Part shown: positions 25,730 through 37,850 of the stretch, in pieces | Numbering within the stretch: the first letter of the stretch is position 1 | How the letters are laid out: each line of letters opens with the position of its first letter | Assembly (NCBI RefSeq): GCF_009834535.1 | Contig: NC_045697.1 | Coordinates: forward strand, 37,264,001 to 37,328,000 | From: Camelus ferus | Lineage: Eukaryota | Direction: 5' to 3' | DNA: 64,000 nt | Made by a program: the position numbers and the translations under genes | The notes under the pieces: model-generated | What the model was told of the DNA's origin: nothing | Databases searched by the model: none | The model's input: only the letters and a program-made list of their open reading frames with translations

Positions 25730-26087
25730 TGCTATGGGCTGATGTTTCTGTCCCCAAATTCATATGTTGAAACTTAACCCCTGAGGTGATAGTATTAGGA
25801 GGTGGGGCCTTTGGGAGTTGATTAGGTCAAGAGGATAAAACCTCATGAATGGGATCAGGGACCTTATAAATAAGAGACCCCAGAGAGCTAGCTAGCTCTT
25901 CCCACCACGTGAGGTTATAGCAAAAAGACAGCTTTTTATGAGGAACTGAGTCCTTTGCAGACACCAAATCTGCTGGCACCATGATCTTGGACTTTCAGCC
26001 TCCAGAACTGTGAGAAATAAGTGTTTGTTGTTATAAACCACCCAGTTTATGGTACTTTTGTTATAATAGCCCAAGCGGACTATGACA
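25730..26087 (+). mobile_element. MLT1A solo LTR
   Basis: tgctatggg...tatgaca, full length; 5-bp TSD ctatc / ccatc. Confidence 0.9.
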
Positions 26088-26144
26088 CCATCAATTCCTC
26101 TTGTACCTATTTTATAGAAATACTACCCTGTACTCAGTGATGTC

Positions 26145-26599
26145 TATAACAGAATTTTACTCAGCCACAAAAAAGAATGAAATAATGCCATTTGCAGCAA
26201 CATGAATGGACCTAGAGTTATCATACTAAATGAGATAAGTCAGATAAAGATAAATATCATGTTATCACTTACATGTGGAATCTTAAAAAAATGACACAAA
26301 TGAACTTATTTACAAACAGAAAGAGACTCACAAACATAGGAAACAAACTTATCATTACCAAAAGGAAAGGAAGGGGGAGGGATAAATTGGGAGTTTAGGG
26401 TTAGCAGATACAAACTACTATGTACAGAACAGATAAACAACAAGGTCCTACTGTCTAGCACAAGGAACTATATTCAATATCTTGTAATAATCTTGTAGAA
26501 TGAAAAAGAATATATATATTTGTATAACCGAATCACTATACTCTATACCAGAAACTAATCCAACATTGTAAATCAACTGTACTTCAATTAAAAAAAAAA
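26145..26599 (+). mobile_element. Lineage-specific L1 3' end with poly(A)
   Basis: tactcagccacaaaaaagaatgaaataatgccatttgcagcaacatg...aaatcaactgtacttcaattaaaaaaaaaa. Confidence 0.9.
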
Positions 26600-26937
26600 G
26601 TCAACCAAGCAGTGGTTAGTTCTGAGGAAAAGGGCTGGATTGGAGAAAGGACCCAGGTGAAAAGTGTCTTTCAACTTTCCTTGTATATTTTTCTACACTG
26701 GTCACCTCTTTTATAATGAGATTGTATCCATATATTTATTCTAGATTAAAATTGGTTTTATACTTAAAAAAAAAAAGTAAACACATCTGAGAATCTCTTC
26801 TCTCTAAGAGGTCTTGCAAAAGCTTCACAAAAATGTTTTTCCAAAAATACAAAGACATCAGTCTGAGCCCATTCATTACCTGTAGTTTGTTGCCATAGCC
26901 GGAGACCCTTAGACATAGAGGGTACTTAGAAAAAGCA

Positions 26938-27315
26938 TGGTCCTAGGTCTAGTCCCTGGAAACAGATTCTGACACTGAGATTTCTTGGCAACTGTTTGAT
27001 GGGACTGTGCTCAGCCTTATGTGGGATGACAGAAGCAAGATTGTGCAGAGAGTTCCCTGCAGGTATGTCACGCAGTCACAGTGCAGCCTCAGTCAATCAC
27101 GTTGGTAATGCAGGCCCTTCAGAATTGTTCTGAATTGAGGCAAGTGCCCCCTCCATCCACCAGACATCCACCAGCCCCTCTCCACTGGGGCTGCCCAGGG
27201 TGGTGGTATGACAGCGGCCAAGGGCATCCCAGACTGGGACTGAGCTGAGAACTCAGCCACCAACAACTCTGGCAGCTGGGGCAATGAGGGGCCCCTCACC
27301 AAGGACCCCACTACC
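26938..27315 (-). mobile_element. LTR16-like ERVL LTR
   Basis: ccctggaaacagattctgacactgagattt...ggcccttcagaattgttctgaattgaggcaag. Confidence 0.6.
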
Positions 27316-27954
27316 ATCATACCCCTAACTTTACCTAAAACCATAGTTTAACTAAAGGCATAGCCAGAGCTTAATCTGGGGAGCAGGATTCCAGGTCTTA
27401 CCTAGCATAGTATCTAGCATTAGTAAACATTCGGTGTTTATCTGTTGGGTGAATGAATGAACGATTTGGCCCAGGTTTATAGAATCCTGAGAAGCCTATA
27501 AAGGAGTTCAAGGTCCAGGATCCCTAAGACCGAATCTCCACGCAATGCAGAAACAAATCAGGTTGATTCTGGACCTCAGACTCTCTGGGCCTCACCCTGT
27601 TGGTCCCATTAATCTCACAGGGGTGGAAAGAGTACCCGAAGGCTCCAGGGAGGCTGAAAACCCACACTGGATCATCCTGCTCCAAGCTTCTCCTCCCTCC
27701 TCCTCCCTCTCCTCCCTTCCATCTGCCCCATCTGGTCACTTCTCTGCACTTTCTTCTAAGGGTGTCGGGAAGAAGCAGGAGGAAATAAAGCTCTAGACAG
27801 ATGCTTTGCTGCTAGGATGAGGTCCTGGAGAAAATATTATGGTCATTGAGGGGAGAGCTGGGGTACCTAAATGCACCTTGAAATACATGCTCTGACTCTC
27901 AAGACCTCTGTTGATCATTGGTTAGAATGGAGTGAAGCCCTTGGAATGTTCTAG

Positions 27955-28118
27955 AGCAGTGCTTCTCAAATTTCAATGGGCCTACAGATACCTGGGTGTC
28001 TTGTTAAAATGCAGATTCTGATTCAGAAAGTTTGGAGTAAGGGCCGAGAGTCTGTGTCTAGCCAGCACCCAGCTGATGCCCCATCTGCTGGTCCACGGAC
28101 CACGCTTTAAGTAGCTGG
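27955..28118. mobile_element. MER5A
   Basis: gcagtgcttctcaaa...ttgttaaaatgcagattctgattcag...gctggtccacggaccacgcttt. Confidence 0.85.
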
Positions 28119-28179
28119 GGCTTTGGAGAAAGAGACTGTAGATATGTCACTGATTTAGAGTCAACATTCTACATCAGCA

Positions 28180-28380
28180 TCACCACCTGGCCCCTTAGAG
28201 TCTGCTGGGCACTGTGCTAAGTGCTTTGAGCACTCTTTCTCACTCAATTTTCAAAGAGCCCTCCACATAGCTATTATTAAAGATAATTCCCATTTTACAG
28301 CAGGGGGAGCTGAGGCCCAGGGAGATTAAATAACCAACACAAGTCCGTCAGAGCCCAGGTCCTGAGTTCCTAACCACTCC
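28180..28380 (-). mobile_element. MIR
   Basis: gggcactgtgctaagtgcttt...cccattttacag...ctgaggcccagggagattaaataa. Confidence 0.8.
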
Positions 28381-28489
28381 ACAGAAAAGCACCGCTTTGA
28401 GGCACGTTTTCCTGTGGTTCTGTTTTCTGGAAGTCCTCAGCCTTGACCCTGGCATGCAGAGCAGGGGAAAGCACTGGAGTCCGGAACAG

Positions 28490-28780
28490 AAGCACGGAGA
28501 CTTGGCTCGCATCCAGGGTGGGAGATGACGCTGGCTCCCTGAGGGACTAACCTCGGCAGCCCGGCCGCTGGTGCTTAGCTGCTCCCCCTGGATCCTCGAG
28601 GAGCGGAAGGCGAGCCACCCCGCCGCTCCTGGCCCCCGAGCCCAGTCAGCAGCCGGGGCGCAGCGCCCGGGCCCGAGGGTGCCACCTCCTCCGCGTCCCC
28701 GCTCAGCAGCGCGCTCGTTTCACACGCGGCTGCTGCGCCCGCCTTCCCGGAGCTCAGCTGAAATATTGCTTAACTCAGCC
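28490..28780. promoter_or_regulatory. Small CpG island, candidate promoter or first exon
   Basis: More than 20 CpGs in about 200 bp (28550-28760), very high GC, non-repetitive. Confidence 0.65.
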
Positions 28781-31700
28781 TGGAAATGCAACCTAAATTC
28801 ACCCCTTGGGCCAGCAGACACTTCCTCGCCAGATGCTCTTCCCCAACCAGAGCTTGGGTAATGGGAGGTGACAGGCTGAGCTCTGGGACCTGGGGCGCGA
28901 GGTTGAGCCTCTGCCAGCTGAGTGCGCTTCTCCCAGAAAGGCTGGGACCATGAAGGGGTAGAGCTGTGTTCCTGCGCTTCTTGACCATGACAGTCACAGG
29001 ACAGGTCCACGGACACACTCTGCGGGGAGCCAGGATTTTACTTATTTTCAGGTCCAAATGCTCCACTTTCTTTAGAGTTGGGGGGGGGGGTTCCCCTTGC
29101 TGTGATATCTCCTACTCCTTGAGGGTCCCAGCTCCAGAAAATGCCTCTTCCGGAACAAGGCAGCAAATGGGGGCAAGGCAGGCAAGTGGAAAGATACAGC
29201 CAGACATAAGGGTTCTGGCTCAGTGAGCAAAACAGTGTCCTGGCTTTCAGGATCCATTTGTCCCATTCGGTTGGTGCCCCTTGTGCAGTGAACAACCAGT
29301 ACAACAATACCTGGCGACCAGCCTTCCTTTCCTCCTTCCCTCTTTTCTTCAGCTGTTGTTTATTGAATATCTCTTCTGTTCCCTGCTCATGAGCTTTTCC
29401 GCCTGCCCTCCCCACCACAGGTAATGACAATCTAAAGATAAATAAGACACTGTCCCTGACTTCAGGAGGGGAGGCAGGCATATAAACAGATAAATTTCTA
29501 GGATTTTGATACGTAGGCCTGAATGATTTATACATGTCTAAAGTCAGGCAAATGGGCTGATTCATACTAACAATAAAATGCCTAAGAACTTTTCCTGGAG
29601 ACCAGTACATAGTGGTAGAAGGTCTTAGAAGTGCAACTGGAAAACATTTGGTGTCTGGAATCCTGACTTGTCTCTAAGAGACACGGACAGTGCTAGCAGA
29701 GAAGAAATCTTTGCTCTGTGAGCACTTTGATGGGTTTGCAACAGCATGTTTGGGAGAAGGCTGAATTCTTTTGCTAGTGAGAGAGGAAAGTTTTAAACAG
29801 GTTGGGAAGAGTACAGAGTAGAGGAAGAAGGAGGAGACAGAATGACAGAACTCTGCACAAGAAGAGAGGCCAAGGGGAAAAAACCAGGAAGAATGAATTT
29901 TTAGTTACATCTGCTGCGAGGTGTGCTATTAAAATCTTTACTCTGGAAGCCCCCACCCTCAGTCCCTCCCCCCAAAAACCCCCACATCATTACAGTTCAC
30001 TCATATACTGAACTGCCTGGGGTGAGGGGAAGAGACCAAGAAAGAAAAGAATCTAGGTCCTTTTAAGTCGTCATGAGTCAAAACCATAGGCGCTAGAGGC
30101 AGAGCAGACCATGAGAATATTCGTCTACGAGCATTCACACAGTTACCGGGAAAGCCTTCAATTTCTCAGGCCATGGGATTGGGGAGTCAAGGCAATTTCA
30201 GGGAGCTCCTGAGGAGCAGGGAGGCCCCAGCTGATCTCTATCCAGGTTGGAGCAATGATGTCCACAAAGTTGTTTGTCATGTTTTCAACTTAGTGTCATG
30301 TTCAAATGCGTACCACCGCCAGGCAGGTAAAGGGATGAAATGGGCTGGATGTGAGACAGCAGGGAATGGTGGAGACTGCAGCAGGAATATAAGTTCCATT
30401 AGAAAGGGACAAGCGGCCACCCAGCTCTAGCCAAGTGTCACCTTGCATGAATGTGGACCCAATGTTGTCAGATAGTCCACATGTTAAGAGAAAGCCAGAA
30501 ATGTCAATGTTTGAGAAAAATCTCAATTTAAAAAAAAATTAACTAATTAAAAAAATCTTTTTAAACTTCAGGAGTCAAATGATGTCTCATGCTGTATGTA
30601 GTTTCTAATTTAGAAGACAGAGAAATACAGAGACAGTTCCCATTTTCAAAGCCAGTAATTCAATGAATGGCATTAGTAAGTGGCCAGGTCAGAGCTCTGG
30701 CCCAGAAGTCCAGGGTTCAGGGTTCTGGGCTCTGCTCGGCGGCTAATTGTGTAGGCTCCGTAAAATAATTTACAAACTCTAAGCCATGGTCTCATTATCC
30801 GTGGAATGAAGGTGTTACATCTGATGCTCTTTTACAGTTGGAATTCCCATTATTGAGGGGGCAGAGAGAAAGTCTGAGTAGTGGAAAAATAAGCCCTGGG
30901 TGTGTTTCCAAAAGTACTGAATTCATTGACATGTATTGTGTGTCTGCAAGGTGTATTGTATTGATCATGGGATTCTTGCTTACTCCTAAAAAGTAAACAT
31001 AAAGTCCAAAAGCACCTTAATTATTTTGCCTGCCTGAGAACAATGTTTTCAAAGAAGTCGGAGTAGAGCCCCCACCACCGGGAGCTGTGTTACTGACACT
31101 ATCAGCAGGTGAGTTACAGAGTCTGTCAGCGATGATAAGAGCGCTGGCAGATTTCCTATTCAGGCTGACACGGCTCCAAGGCAGAAACCTAACTGATGTT
31201 TGTTCAATAGTGGCAAGATATGTCACAGAATCCGTGGGGGTGTCCGGCATCTTTTGTCAGCTTAGAGAAAAACCCTGGGGAAACTATGTTGCCGACAGTT
31301 GCAGATGTTTTGAGATGAAATGGTGTTTCCCTGAAAATGCCCGAGGCATGGTCTGCTGCTTTGCTGGTTGGCAAACTGCCTTCTGCTGCATCAGGACCCT
31401 CCATCCCCATCCCCCACCCCACAGACCGCTCGGGATAAGCAGAATGGCAGCTTATCCTTCGAGATTTATCTGGAACCCTGGGACAGCCCCATGCTCTTAA
31501 GGGATTCGGGGGTGGGAGGGAGGTGGAGAAGCAGCAGCAGAGAATGAGTGGGCGAGAAAAGACTCAAGCAGAGCACTGAGATTTGAGTAATTTTAGGAGG
31601 CAGTACTGTTTACGGAACATTTCATTCTTGAGAGCTGCTGTCACATTCTAGTCATTAGGCTGCATTTACTCGTGGGTTGTAGAAATTACTTCCCATGGGA

Positions 31701-31854
31701 AAAGAAAGCAATTCCTTTTTCAAAGGAGGCTTTGTTTTCGACGAGAAGAAATAAAAACATATGACGGTGCAGCCGACTATATCCTACATGCCCTGCAGGG
31801 TCTCTCCTGGTTCAAGTTCACTACTCAGCATGACCAGGTGAATAGTAGCCAAGA

Positions 31855-32082
31855 AATAATAATGATGGTAATAGTAATAGCTCCCACTTGCTGAGCACCT
31901 TCTATATGCCAAGCTTCAAGCTGAACATTAACATACGTATTTCAATTAATCCCTGAAGATACCCCGGGCAGCTCTCATTGGCCCCATTTTACAGATGAGG
32001 AAACTGAGGCTCAAAGGAGCTAAATATATTTGCTCAAGTTAACACAGTTAGGGACTCAAACCCAAACCATCTGGCTCTGAAG
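31855..32082 (-). mobile_element. MIR
   Basis: ccccattttacagatgaggaaactgaggctca core. Confidence 0.85.
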
Positions 32083-32923
32083 CTCATTCTTGTAAGGACC
32101 CATGCCTGACTATACATTTGTCATTATGGAAGTCAAAATTCTCCCAGCAAATACTATAGGAGTGAGGAGTGAATGAAACATATAGAAGGGCACAAAACAG
32201 ACAATGGCATCTCAGAAACTGGATCCCTGCAGATTCCAGCTTTAATCTATTCCATCCTTTAGGTGGCACCTGCTCCCCTTCTGCCTTCTGGGTATGGGCA
32301 TCCAGGGCTCCATGCATCTACAAATTCAAGTGAGATGGCACTGCTGTGGGAGGAAATGTGAGCTGCAGTTTCTGCTCCCTGCCGCCTCGGCCAGGCCAGC
32401 TGAAATCCCATTCTTGCCTTGTTAGCATTTATATAAGACCTCTAGCTGTATCACCGAGAGTGTCCCTCACCACCCTGGACACAACCATCCTTGTGTTGAT
32501 TAGTTACAGTGAAGCCATAATAATTGGCTTCATTTCTTCCCTTCACACCTGATAGGATGCCGGGAGCTCCCTGGAACCTCCCTACCCTACAGTCTAGCAT
32601 CAAGCCAGGATCGATCCCACCTGAGCGCTGAGTCATTTAATCCTTTCGTCCTTCATATACCGTGTTTCAGTTTTACAAAGAGCTTTCAAACACATTTTGC
32701 AGCGACATCATTAGTCAATGGGAGACCAGTGAAAATCTCATGAGCCCCCACGCGTAGCAAACCAGGAGCTCCTCTCACGTCTCCGGAGAGCAGGGCATGT
32801 GACGGACTCGGGTTTTGGCTGTGATGTTAGAAGGAGGGGATGAGAGTGCCCCACCCCTCAACTCTTTTGATGTTAGGAAAGAGTTTATCAAAGGATAGAC
32901 AGTAAAGGCCTTAGAGGTGATGT

Positions 32924-33351
32924 CGTTACCCAGTCCAAGCTCATACTGCACATCGCGTGGCAGGCCAGTTAATCAGGAGACGAGTTGTTTGGGCAAGGAA
33001 TAGCTGCTTTATTCGGAAAGCCAGCAGATGGAGAGGATGGTGGGCTAGTGTCCCAAAGAACCATCTTCCCAGAGTTAGAATTCAGGCTTCTTTTGTACTA
33101 ACAGGGGAGGGGTTAATGTTCTGGTTCTGGCCAGACTCTGGAGGGGATGGGTTAATTTCTTCCTTCCTGCAGCCGCTCTATGGTGGGCCTGGTCAGGTTT
33201 CCTGTGAGCTAAACAAAGATATTTTAGCTTAACATTCATTACCTGGGAGGCAGGGTTCCCAGCACTGGGCCATTATGTTTAACTTAAGCTTCTAGCATCA
33301 TCCCTTTAGTGATTAACTTATAATAGAATACAAATTTCCTTCCCTATTGGA
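32924..33351 (-). mobile_element. ERV1-type solo LTR
   Basis: gcaaggaatagctgctttattcggaaagccagcaga (AATAAA on minus); probable 4-bp TSD atgt (32920-32923 / 33352-33355). Confidence 0.75.
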
Positions 33352-35106
33352 ATGTGGCCTTAAGCTTGGGGGTCTCCACTGAGGTGTCCCCTACCTTCAA
33401 GGTAGTTGAGGAGCCAGTAGCCTGCCTCACAGAGGGCACAGAGCAGGGGTCCCCTTTCAGTACTGCCTGTCCCCTCCCGACACCGGACTCCTCTCAGTTT
33501 GCCAGTAGATCCAAGGGACGTGTTTGTCACTAGCCAGCAGCCTCTCCACAGGCTCAGCACAGGGGGGCCTCCCAGCCCATGGATCCCAACCTAGTTCCTA
33601 AATCGAATACTTTCATCCTTACATGAGAAAAGAGAAATATTTTCTTATTTTAAACCACACATTAAGTGCAGTGCATTATTCAGCCAAGCATATTAATGAG
33701 GCTTTGGAGCCAGCAAGAGAAGCCAGAGTTGAGTTTGGAGATAGGGGCTGGAGGAGTGGAATTGTTCTGCAAAAGGATTCCCAGAAGACGTTTCTATGCT
33801 GCTGAAAACCAAGAAGGGGGCGGGGACTTGAGGCCTGAATTCCAGTGGGAGACAGATGCCCGAGTTGGCAGACTCAGCCAAGATGGTTCGTCAGCATGAA
33901 AGTCTAGTATCTAACTTTTAGTTGTTTGCAGGGCTGTATTGTGAAGTCTTTCTGTTTCCCCCAGGTCAGCAAGGTCTGACTTACGTGTGGGAAGTGAGTT
34001 GTTCTGTGCAAAAAGTAAGGAAGAAGAGATGTTTCATGACCAGAAGTAGAGGAGGAGAACCAAAGAGCAAGATGTAAGGGGGACAGGGTTTGAATGGAGC
34101 CAAGTTTCTTTCCATGAGAACTTCATCCCAAAGGAACTGCAGAACCCTCTGGATAAGGATGGAGGGGCGTGAGACAGCAGAGTAATGGTGACACTTGGGG
34201 GACACTCACCAGTCTTGTGTGGAAGGCAGGGCAAGCAGTAAGTCATATATCCCCATCTGACAGATGAGAAAACCAAGATTCAGAGAGATTACGATATTGG
34301 CCTTATGTCACACATCTAGCAAGTGGGGGAGTCCAGATTAGAATGCTCCATGTTGGTCCTTCCCTGAAAATTTCCCCACCATTATTTGCTAGCTGAAAGG
34401 AAACCAGAAGAAATAATCAAAAGTAAATGAGCACCTTCTGTATACTTTGTTGGAACTCGTTACATCATCAGCCTCCTCCTCGCCGTGTCATTCTGCTATA
34501 AACTTCGCCATCACTGAGAAGGGAGAGGCATTTTGACGCAAGAGCTATTGCTGGAGCAGAACAGCTAGGTGGAACATCATGGCAGCCAACTCCGGATGGG
34601 TGGGCAAAGGATGGGAATCTAGGAAGCAAGTGGAAAAGTTGCCCCAACCAGGGTCAAGCTAAGGCCCACTGGAACAGGGAGCCCTTACAGACCTTGTGCT
34701 GCATGCGGTGGGGGAGGTGGTGCATTTTCCTCCTCTGCAGAAGTCCTGCCATGAGTCTTCTAGTTTGGTACAACATGCTGTCAGATAGCCTGCCTCGGGA
34801 ATGAAACCTTCTTTCTGCCTTGTGACCTTCCCCTCCATTGACTATTTCCTCCACTCTGAGGACCCGTGATCTGGGCAGTTCACGTAGCTTCTCACCACCA
34901 GTACAGTCTCCTGGGCTGAGGTCTTTGTGGGCACTTACTCACTGGCCTAATTGCTGGCTGATTCACTGATGCTTTTGCCACAAAACTTGTGATTCTCACA
35001 TGGTTCTGAACAAGAACCAGGCTGAACCCATGTCCTCTGTTATTTGCAGGTGGCTTTGTGCATTTCTTCCAGGGCATGCTCTAGTAAGTAGTCATGGTGC
35101 TAATCT

Positions 35107-35416
35107 CCTGATGGCTGCTGTCCCTGGAACTGTCCCTGATGGCTGCTGTCCCTGGAACTGTCCCTGATGGCTGCTGTCCCCGAGGCTGTCCCTGATGGCT
35201 GCTGTCCCTGGAACTGTCCCTGATGGCTGCTGTCCCCGAGGCTGTCCCTGATGGCTGCTGTCCCTGGAACTGTCCCTGATGGCTGCTGTCCCCGAGGCTG
35301 TCCTTGATGGCTGCTGTCCCTGGAACTGTCCCTGATGGCTGCTGTCCCCGAGGCTGTCCCTGATGGCTACTGTCCCCAAGGCTGTCCCTGATGGCTGCTG
35401 TCCCCGAGGCTGTGTC
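35107..35416. repeat. 28-bp minisatellite, 11 units
   Basis: Units cctgatggctgctgtccc-tggaa-ctgtc (A) and cctgatggctgctgtccc-cgagg-ctgtc (B). Confidence 0.97.
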
Positions 35417-35536
35417 CCTGATTGCCTTTGTTGCTGGGGCTGCTCCCAGAGCTCTGCCTGATGCTGAGAAAGAGAAGAGCGTAGAATTCTAGGGTGAAGA
35501 AGCAAAGGTCCTCTGCTGGGATAGGACTCGGTGGTC

Positions 35537-35667
35537 AGTGATCATACATCTCTGTTTGGCTGGGATGTTCCCCCTTAAGTCTGTTGCCCCAGTGTAGTTA
35601 TTAATAACATCTTCTTTCTGATTTCAAAATGTTCTGGTGTGGATGATAAATTATGTATGATCACCCA
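35537..35667. mobile_element. MER94-like hAT-Blackjack MITE
   Basis: Inverted ends gtgatcatac / gtatgatcac; internal gttattaataac and ggatgataaattat. Confidence 0.65.
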
Positions 35668-37194
35668 GCTTTAGTGATCATCTAAAGTGGTTTTCAAGTT
35701 TTTCTTGAGCCTGGAAGAACTTTTCTTCAAACAGATACTGACTCCTGATGCCTGATGTGTAAAACAGAAAAAAGGAAAGCTCTTCTGGCTGAAGGGAGTG
35801 GAGGAGGCTGAATCACCACCCCCACACCACCCAACATACACACACACACACACACCCCATCTCCTTCACAATCATCCTATCTATGTGCTAGGACAGCCCT
35901 CTGCCCAGCAATGGGAGACTTAGAACTTAATGCATCATCTCTGGTACCCAGTACCTTAATTTAAAGACAAGGGAACTGAGTGAAGGGATTACCTAAGGTC
36001 ACATGACTGGTTCATGGAAGAACCCAAGCTAGAAATCCATAGTGATGACTCCACCATGCCGAGTCTCCTTCCTGTTTGCCAAATGGTCTTAAAACTAAGT
36101 GTCTATACATCCAACTTTCTGCTAGCTTTTCATAATATATGGATTTCTTCATGATATATATTTCTACTGTATATATATTCTTCTGTATATATTTGCTGTA
36201 TATGTTGAAGGATGTACCTCCTATAAAATTTATATGACATTTCTATCATGAGGAAAGTGGTCAGGAGTTAAAAGCCATCCAGTTTACACTTGAGACATCC
36301 ACAAAGCAAACAGCAAGGGGATTGCTTTGTGCTAAGGTAACTCAGTGTGAATGGTGTATGTATTATTAAAGTAAACAGTGCTCGGGGACAAATGCCTTTT
36401 CTAGAGACTGTATCCTTGAAAATATTTGGATGGTCTTCATTAATCCCAAGAAGCAGCCCTCAGAAAGTCAAACAGGAAGCCAAGCTCATGCTGTTGTATA
36501 AAACAAACACTTGTCCCTCCGGGGGCCTCCCCAGCACAGAGCCCTCCCTTTGTCTGAGCACTTCGTTTGGAACAACAGTTGGCAAATCTAAGAGGAAACA
36601 GTGCTCTATCTTGCAAGCACACAGCTCCTGCAAGCCCCTCGTCATTTAAATATCTACCCACCTTCCCCGCTACCTTCTGCCCCCATCTGCCAGCCAGGCA
36701 GTTTCAACTTGAACTCTGTGCAGAAAAAGCAGATACTAAATGCAAATCAGAAAGCGATGCAACCATTTTATGGCCCAAGGAAGGCCAGCGGGAGGGAGGC
36801 AGTGTCCCGTGGAGGGCAGCCTGCTGGTGGCAGCTTCCGGGGGGAGGGCAGGGTTGCGTTTCTTTCTTCCAAGCTTGCTTTAGTTTGACCCAAGCCCCGA
36901 GCGTTTCTCAGGGGAATCCCTGAGCCTGTAACCCTGGCCCACACCAACTAATCTGTCCACAGTCAGAGAGCAATCATTTCCCTCTCCTGGGGTAGAAGAG
37001 AAACAGCCTGACCGAGGCGGGGCTGAGCACAGGCTTGCTCCCTTCTCACCTGCTGACTCAGAGTATTTGCATAGCCGGGATTCTGAGGAAACGCTCAAGC
37101 GCGTCACCGATGAAGCTCTGGGTAATCTATGCAAAGTATGTCCCCCTGATCCGAGGCAGAGAGAACCAGTGGGCTGACATTGGAAACAATACAG

Positions 37195-37410
37195 TAGACA
37201 TAAAATCTAATGTTATTGAACCCCTATTTTGGGCTATTTCCTCGAATTCAGCCTCACAAATACCCTTTTAGGTGGTAACTACGATGATCCCATTTCAGAT
37301 GTGCGGAAACAGGGCTTGCTGAAGATAAAAGGACTTTCCCAGTTGCTCTGCGAGGAAGTGATGAACTGAGGATTTGAACCCATGCAGTGGAGCGCCAGAG
37401 TCTGCCTCAT
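37195..37410 (-). mobile_element. MIR
   Basis: cccatttcagatgtgcggaaacaggg...aggatttgaaccca. Confidence 0.7.
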
Positions 37411-37444
37411 AGCCACCAAATCCAGGAAACACCTAGGCCCAGGG

Positions 37445-37585
37445 CTGAGGCTGCCCAAACTTCTCTGTGTTCACAGATCACTGGGGGCCCTTGTCAGAAA
37501 GTATGTTCTGATTCAGGAGTTCCGGGACGCACCAGATACTCTGCATTTCTAACAAACTCCCAAGCAATGCCAATGCTGCTGCCGG
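37445..37585. mobile_element. MER5A fragment
   Basis: cagatcactgggggcccttgt...ctgattcagga...ctctgcatttctaacaaactccca. Confidence 0.75.
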
Positions 37586-37597
37586 TCGCGAAGGCCC

Positions 37598-37850
37598 TCG
37601 GGCAGCCCTTTTCTGTGAAGGGCTGGAGAGGGAGCACTTTAGGCTTTGTGGGGCACGTCACACAGTCTCTGTTGCATACTCTTCTTTTTCTTTTTATAAT
37701 TTAAAGAATGAAATAATTATTAAAATCTTAAATAATTAAAATTTAATATAAATATTGAATTTTGTACAAGCTTTAGAAAAGAGCATCACCCTTAGCTCTT
37801 GGCCCCGGGGCTGCAGTTGGCCCAGGCAGCAGTGCACGGTCCCCTGACCT
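37598..37850 (+). mobile_element. MER58-family MITE (GC-shifted ends)
   Basis: ttttctgtgaagggctggagag...tttaggctttgtggggcac...gtctctgttgca. Confidence 0.7.

Noticed and set aside
28490..28870. Assigning a gene symbol to the CpG island
   Set aside because: No coding exon or sequence that I can confidently recognise
29038..29610. 190-aa minus-strand ORF near the CpG island
   Set aside because: Overlaps L2-like and low-complexity sequence; no recognisable protein
35107..35416. CRISPR-like array
   Set aside because: No unique spacers, mammalian context, simple tandem repeat
35092..35505. Repetitive 137-aa ORF as a real protein
   Set aside because: Explained by the 28-bp minisatellite; the unit is not codon-phased
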